Origin: Podarcis erhardii
Taxonomy: Eukaryota
Assembly (NCBI GenBank): GCA_964252035.1
Contig: OZ176202.1
DNA: 64,000 nt
Reading direction: 5' to 3' (one strand)
The notes beneath the pieces are model-generated. The model was not told the DNA's origin. It saw nothing but the letters and a program-made list of their open reading frames with translations, and did not search any database. Positions within the stretch are counted from its first letter, which is position 1, and every line of letters begins with the position of its first letter. Below, piece by piece: positions 57,221 through 64,000 of the stretch. Made by a program: the position numbers and the translations under genes.

Positions 57221-58660
57221 ATACATTATCTCACTCCTTCTTCCAACAGCTCTGAAAGAGAGGTCAATATAGTGTGACATGAACAGAGCTTGCTAAAAGA
57301 CCCATTCTTCCTTTATGACCACAGTGATGTCAACAGATTGCTACAAAGGCTGTCAATACTGCAGCATCAGAGTCTCTGAAGAGCTTATTATCATCAGCGG
57401 CCATTTCATCAAAGGAATGCCGGTGTGGGCACAGAACAACCATAGAGCCCTAGGTGACAGCAGCAGATGGAAAGTGTCCTGTTCCCCATTCTCTGAAAAC
57501 TGTCTTATCACTCTGCTGCAATATGGTAAGTGGTCAAAAATAAATCTTCCTGGCCCAAAGAAAACAGAAGGATAGATTATTCATCTTTCCTATTGTGATT
57601 TAAGGGTTCTCTATGCAGTCACAAGTGGCTTCTGCAAAGCCCCACAATAGTAAAACTGTAATTTCCCAGCCCCTTATTTCTGAATCCTTCATTAAACCAC
57701 CTTTAACTTCAGAAATTCAATCGTTCTTATAATGTGAAACCTGAAAAGAGAGGCACTACAGAGCTGCAGAGTTAACATCTGTATAGCAGGAATCAGACCA
57801 AGTGCCAGAGATGCTCCAACATTATTATCAGAATGTGACATTAAACTCATTAGGGGGTTCTGAATATGCTGCCATGCATCATTAGCCAAACAATGAATGC
57901 CTAAGGGTTTCCTCAGACACACTGTATAATATGATAATACACTTAAACTAAAGTGATATTCAATGAGACCCCTGAGTCCTATTTTCAGTTTACTGCATGA
58001 AAGTAAAGAAAAGCAGCTGTGCCTTGTAAAGGCAACGCAGCAGTTTCTTACCCAAGTGCATACAGCCATCTACTGGTGACCAGAGGAATCAAGCACTATA
58101 AACACACAAGAGAGAACTATTTATCTTGAATTTTAGGTAGTGTTGCTGGTGCATTACAATCCAAAATGCCAACAGGGTTAAAGGAATGGGAGAGGTGTTG
58201 TGTAAAACCTAACTAGGGCAGGTCATGCTTGGTACTAACCTTGGCACCAGGTTGCACCAAATGCTGCAGGAGGAGAAAAGGGTGGGCTCATTCCCCATGG
58301 AAGGCGGCTGCTACTCGGTTCAGCACTGAGAAAGGACACAGGTCCCCTGCAAGGCAGAGAACAAAAGTAAAGGAAAACATGGTAGCCCTTACACTGGCAA
58401 TGCTGGAGGTGGATTTTAGGTGATCACCACACGTCAAGACAACTTCCATCATATTGCCAGTGGTTAAGAAACATCCTGCATGGAGGTTGTCAAATATCCT
58501 AACTTATAATTGTCAAGTCTACTCCCCACACACGTTGTGAGGTTCAATGATTATTCCTTCTAAAGTTAGCCTCTCACTTCTGCATCTGTTAACTCAATTC
58601 TGTTGCTGGCAACTCTAGAAGAATTATCTACATCAGCTTTTCAGTAACAACATTTGTTAT

Positions 58661-58999
58661 GTAAGGTAAAGGACCCCTGGACGGTTAAGTCCAGTCAAAG
58701 GCGACTATGGGGTGTAGCGCTCATCTCGCTTTCAGATCGAGGGAGCTGGCGTTTGTCCACAGACAGCTTTCCGGGTCATGTGGCCAGCAGGACTAAACCG
58801 CTTCTGGCGCAATGGAACACTGTGACGGAATCCATAGCACACAAAAATACTGTTTAGCTTCCCGCCACAGCAGTACCTATTTATCTACTGGTATACGTTC
58901 GAACTGCTAGGCTGGCAGAAGCTAATTCGAACTGCTGACCTTCCAATCAGCAAGCCCAAGAAGTTCAGTGGTTTAGACCACAGTGCCACCTGCATCCCT
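58661..58999 (-). mobile_element. Sauria (Squam1) SINE with 10-bp TSD
   Basis: gtaaggtaaaggacccctgg...gtggtttagaccacagtgccacc; CATTTGTTAT at 58651-58660 and 59000-59009. Confidence 0.92.
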
Positions 59000-59601
59000 C
59001 ATTTGTTATATATGCCACTCAATGCTCCTTTCCCTGTTGTTTGATCCTTCCCACATATCAATTAGTAACCAGTTTTAATTGTTTAAAATTATATTATGTC
59101 ATCATGCTCCAATCTATTTAGAATATACCCAGATTTAGAAGTTTAATAGTATAACCTATGGTTGCTCTCTGCAGATTGGCTTTCCTCTGTTGTTTTCCTC
59201 ACCTTCCTCATTAAAATATGTATCTGATCTTTTTACCCCGACAAGGAGACTGCATCTTACGTCTGTTTATGGAAAAATGGTGAGAATCTGTCTTTAGCAA
59301 TGCAAAACATCCAGTGCAAAGTTAAAAGGCTCTAAAGCCCATTGATTTCATTGTTCAGGATTTGCACATGACAGGACAGTATGGCAGGCAACAGTAGAAT
59401 ATGTTTCCTGCAGAACTGAAAGTTGCAGCAAGTAAATTTTATTTTTCAACACACAGGAAGTGACTTATAAGCCACAAAGATATACAATAAATCATCTTCA
59501 CTGGGGAAAAACCCTCTTACGTGTTTTGCATAATACAGAATGATTCCAGAAATCTGAGAGCTCTCACCAATCATATTCACCACCCAGACTCAGTACACTT
59601 A

Positions 59602-59984
59602 CCGTATTTTTCGCTCTATAAGACACACCGGACAATAAGACGCACCTAGTTTGGGGGGGGGGGAGGAAACAAGAAGAAAAAAATTCTGAACCCCAGAAGC
59701 CAGAACAGCAAGGCTTCTGGGATAGCCTCTTGCTGTTCTGGCTTCGGGGACACCCTGTGAAGCCTCCACAGGGCAGCGGGGTGAAGGCACCCTGCTGCCC
59801 TGCGGAGGCTTTGCGCAGCCATCCCCAATCTAGAACAGTGAGAGGGAGCGCTGTGCAGTGCTCCATCTCCCTGTTCTGGCTTTGGGCTTAGCCGTGCAGC
59901 CTGCATTCGCTCCATAAGATGCACACACATTTTCCCTTACTTTTTAGAAGGGAAAAAGTCTGTCCTATAAAGCGAAAAATACGG
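59602..59984 (+). mobile_element. Tc2/pogo-like element, copy 3, full length
   Basis: ta|ccgtatttttcgctctataagac ... gtcctataaagcgaaaaatacgg|ta. Confidence 0.88.
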
Positions 59985-61404
59985 TATTTTGACTGCATTC
60001 CACTTTTGATGCCACTTTTATGACTGGAATTTGCACCTCCCCATGCTAACCACACACACCCATTGTTTTATACAGTGGAAACATGTCCAGCACAAGCACA
60101 ACTGGAGTTTGTCCTCCCTCCTCACATTCTCACCCTATGGGACAACCAATTGTTACAAGGAAACCACCATGAATCTTTATACTTGGAGGACAGTCAAGCA
60201 CACAGAGAACAAAAAAACAGAATACTCTTCTCTGGTAAATCCCATTAAAGCAACTCTACTTCTGAAAACACAAGGAGACAAGCGCTTGGTTATCTTTGGG
60301 CAAGTCACTGTGAACTACAATGCTTTATTGATAGTTCATTTAAAAATCTATTACCACATATTTAATATGACAACAAAAGTCTGGGATACAATTTGTATAA
60401 ATTATTTTGCTATTAACTACATCTTTCCCAGCTATTGGAACTCACCAGTGGGCAAAGGAAATAGAAAAGGTAATGTTTATAGGATTTCCCCCCTGTAATT
60501 CCTATACCAAAACTTGAGTAAAATTGAATAGGAAGCGCAATTATTACCATACTTAAATGTTGTTCTGTTTGTCTAATAAGCATTTCGAGAGTAGACATTT
60601 AGATTTTACTCCAGGGATCAGTGGCAATTAGTGACCACTAAAGCTGGTGCGGCAGTCAAGAGCTCCTGAGGACACTTAAGCAGTATAGTTACTTAGCATC
60701 TAAGTGAACTCAATGCTGTGAGGCAGGCTAGCCTGAGAGAGACTGTCTTGAGAACCCACCAGCTTTTTAATATTTTATTTGATAGCAGAAAACAGATAAT
60801 AACTCTTTTCAACATTTTTTAGAGGGGGGGCAGCTGAATTATCAGTTACAAAGAAAAACAACCTTTTGCCAGATTCCACAGGTTTTAGACATGTGGCTCC
60901 AACTTGGCTCATCCATCTGAGATGGGTGCCATTTGCGGACCGGCACGGGCACCCCTGATCTTCTTGGAGACATGCTGGGTTGCCCTGGCTGGCCCGCCTT
61001 CCCGGCACCATAGAGCGTTGGGGGTTCCCACCAAACCCATCATTTAAATGAACCAATCCACAGTGACATTGGGGGTGGGGCCTCAGGAGTGGACCGTGAA
61101 TGTGCAGGCTTCACTCAGGTCCGCTGTGGCAGCTAAAAAGGGGGGCGGAGCCAGCACACATTGAGGAACTTGGGATCCAAAAGTAAGAAATAGAGGAATC
61201 TCCAAACCATTTCCCTTCAGATTGAAGGGTAGAAACTTAGTAGCGTATTTGAGAGGATTCTTGCTTGTGCAAAACGTCTGCTTCTACCTGGGACCCTTTT
61301 TCAGTTCCAAGCCCTGGGTGGCCAAGAGACCAGTCTAGGCATAATCTGAGCAAGGTCAAATCAGCTACCAGATCCAAGAGAGAAAAGTAAACTAGCATCA
61401 GCAT

Positions 61405-61437
<33 letters not shown>

Positions 61438-61455
61438 AAAGAAAGAAAGAAAGAA
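61405..61455. repeat. Compound (GCAA)n(GAAA)n microsatellite
   Basis: Direct reading. Confidence 0.93.
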
Positions 61456-62309
61456 ACCTTGCATTTTGAAGAGTAGCACTTGCTGTTTGCATAGGCCAAC
61501 AGTATAGTCTTATACAGATCCAAAATGAGTTTATGCTTTTCTCATTTGCTCTGTCTCCATCAGTGATCTAATCCTGTGTGTGCTATATGATTCAAAAATA
61601 CTGACCCCAATCACAGGCCAGTGAATTCATGCCATATACCTTAGAGTATTCAATGTTCCTTGCCATGTTTCTTCAGAAAAGCATGCTAAAAAAAACCCTT
61701 ACTGCTACATTCCATGTGGCTGTCCTGCAAACAGTGCCTGCAATGATTGACTATGTGTGGGGATAAAAGCTCCTTCCAAGGGTTGAGCAATCCATCTGGC
61801 AGAAGGTTTCTAGCACTGCAAAATCTGTTGTTGTGGTGCAGAAGCACCAAGAGCTTTTTTTTCCCCACAGAAAATGCATTAGTAATCAAGCAGTTGTCCC
61901 ACTAAACTTGGATCTCTTTGAGCAGAGTTGGCCCCATATGTTCCTGATCATTTTAGCTGGATTGCTGGAGCCATTTTATTCATGTTCCTCACATCCTCTA
62001 CTATCATTTTTTTTCCCCTGAAGCACAGAAGAAAACCTGAACTGGATTAATGTTTGATGTTTTTAGATGATATTTAGGGTTCATAGAGAAGCTCATAAAG
62101 AATCTTCAGGACAGCTGATTCAATTCCCTCCTCTGTATCAGGAGACCCTTTACTACATATAAATACATCCATAATGGATGCCTGACCAACCAGCTGCCTG
62201 AAAACTTTCGAGGAAGCAGGTCCAACAAACTCATTACCTGTGGTTGTCTAGAATGAACCACAATGTACAAAAAAGTATATGGAGTTGGTCTTAGATCTGC
62301 ATCGGATAT

Positions 62310-62695
62310 GATGGTCAAGGGTCTGCACACTAAGCCTTATGAGAAACAGTTGAGGGAGTTGGGTATGTTTAGTCTGGAAAAGAGGAGACAGGGAAGAGAT
62401 ATGATAGCCATCTTCAACTTCCTAAAGGGCTGTCACATGTGGGATGGAGAAAGCTTGTTTTCTCCTGCTCCAGAAGGTAGGACCTGAACCAATGGATTCA
62501 AGTTACAAGAAAGGAGATTGCAACCAAAAACTAGGAAGAACTTTCTGGTAAGAAAAGCTGTTTAACAGTAGATCAGATTCGCTTGGAAGGTGGTGGACTC
62601 TCCTCCACTGGAGGTTTTTAAGCTGAGTTTCGATGGCCATCTGTCATGGATGCTTTAGTTGAGATTCTGCAGAAGTTGGACTAGATGACTCATTG
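62310..62695 (+). mobile_element. CR1 LINE 3' fragment (ORF2 C-terminus, decayed)
   Basis: MVKGLHTKPYEKQLRELGMFSLEKRR..DMIAIFNFLKGCH is a typical CR1 ORF2 end, followed by ggactagatgac. Confidence 0.88.
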
Positions 62696-64000
62696 GGAAT
62701 AGTGCTCCTCTCAGGTGCACAGGAAGAGTAGTCAGCTGTCTAGTGGGCGAAGGAGAATTTGGTAGTGGCACCTATGGTAGGAGCAGACAGCCCATGGCAG
62801 ACTACAGGGAATACCTATGAGGGCTGCCCTCCTTTTCCATGGGGCCTGCACTAAGCAAGTTCTAGCGCTCAGATTCTCCATCCATTGGCCTTCAATTCCT
62901 CCACCCACTTGGCCTGCAAAGCCTTGTTTCCCTCAATCCCCAGAGAAGGGAGTGTATCAGACACTCAGGGAGTCTTGCCTGTCTTCTCCATCCCAACTGA
63001 GAGCCACATGGATAGGATAATCAGGAAACCAGTTGTTCTGTCGGAAGCCTCTTTCCCCTTTCTCACAGGTCTTAGGGCTACTTCTGGTGCTAGTTTACCA
63101 GGTAAGCAAAAGACTGACCATACAGTCTCATACACAGTATGGTTGTAACGTTAGACTTTTTTGCCTCTTTTCATTTGACAAATGCTCTGTGACATTGGGG
63201 AGGTGGTAATTCCGCATTGATTTACTATGGATGTTTGTATGTGATGCCAATAAAAGGTTTGATGATGATGAAGATATACAGTATGGCTCTGTTACAAGGT
63301 TTAGGTGATGTTTTGAGGGGTCATAGCCTGGCTTATTCAAGGTTTAAGAGATTTGAGAGTTTGCAGCCAGGGATTCTACCACGGAAACCCGTTATTTCCT
63401 GCTCACAAATCAAATAGTCCACTTCAAATATAACTGCAAAGTAACTTGCTTAGTCAGGAGTACAGGAGTGTGTGCATGTGCCAGAGAGAACATAGCTTGC
63501 CTTTCAGCTCCAGGTCGCATATGCTGTCCTAGCATGTTAACAGAAAACTTGCTTTTGCTGTGGAAGTTGCTGGAACAGTCCAGAAACCACAGAGTGGCAA
63601 AAAGTAACCTATAAAAGCTGAAATGAGGGTTCCTAAAAGGGAATTTCAGAACTGTGCCACAGGTATTTCTTGAGTTTCATTCACACAGGAGGAGCCACAT
63701 GAATGTAAACTGGAGGATGTGGATTTTTCATAATTTCTATGGACAATTTTGTGCTTCAGTTTTCTTTTTGGCTTTTGAACTTTGGACACTCTTTCCCACT
63801 CTATGATTAAGATCACATTTCAGAAACTGTAACATATCACTCTAATGAAATCAGAGAAGTGACACCTTTCTAAATTCCTTATCTAAAATGAACTGTGTAG
63901 GAAACACAGGCTTGAAGGCACTTTGAAGCAGCGCTACTACTGATGCTGTTCTGCCCCTCAGCGACCATATTTTCAAGCTCCAAAAAAGAACAGGCACAAG

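Noticed and set aside
60031-60498. 155-aa ORF
   Set aside because: Low-complexity AT-rich intergenic sequence with no recognisable domain or splice context.
62263-62487. 74-aa ORF
   Set aside because: Decayed CR1 ORF2 C-terminus.

Overview
Vertebrate genomic DNA, most likely a lacertid lizard (inferred from Sauria/Squam1 and Squam3 SINEs, BovB, CR1 and a Penelope-like element). The window holds the 3' part of SASH1 (SAM and SH3 domain containing 1) on the + strand. I traced 12 GT-AG coding exons by hand from 11315 to the stop at 44986-44988. Their phases are consistent and they total 2955 nt (984 aa plus stop), covering the SLY region, SH3, SAM1, the Pro-rich exon and SAM2. The N-terminal exons were not found and probably lie upstream. 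An AT-rich putative 3'UTR runs to poly(A) signals near 50377-50386. The rest is intron or intergenic sequence with many short transposon copies. Two features stand out. First, the reading frame of the exon at 15935 stays open past its normal donor to a second in-phase donor, predicting a 165-aa insertion isoform. Second, a Penelope-like insertion forms a perfect 95-bp inverted repeat and carries a minimal type-I hammerhead ribozyme in the sense orientation of the probable SASH1 3'UTR; it is nested in a Sauria SINE, with target-site duplications readable for both elements. Most other ORFs in the supplied track are chance, repeat-derived or antisense shadows. Family names and human-protein comparisons are from memory, not from database searches.
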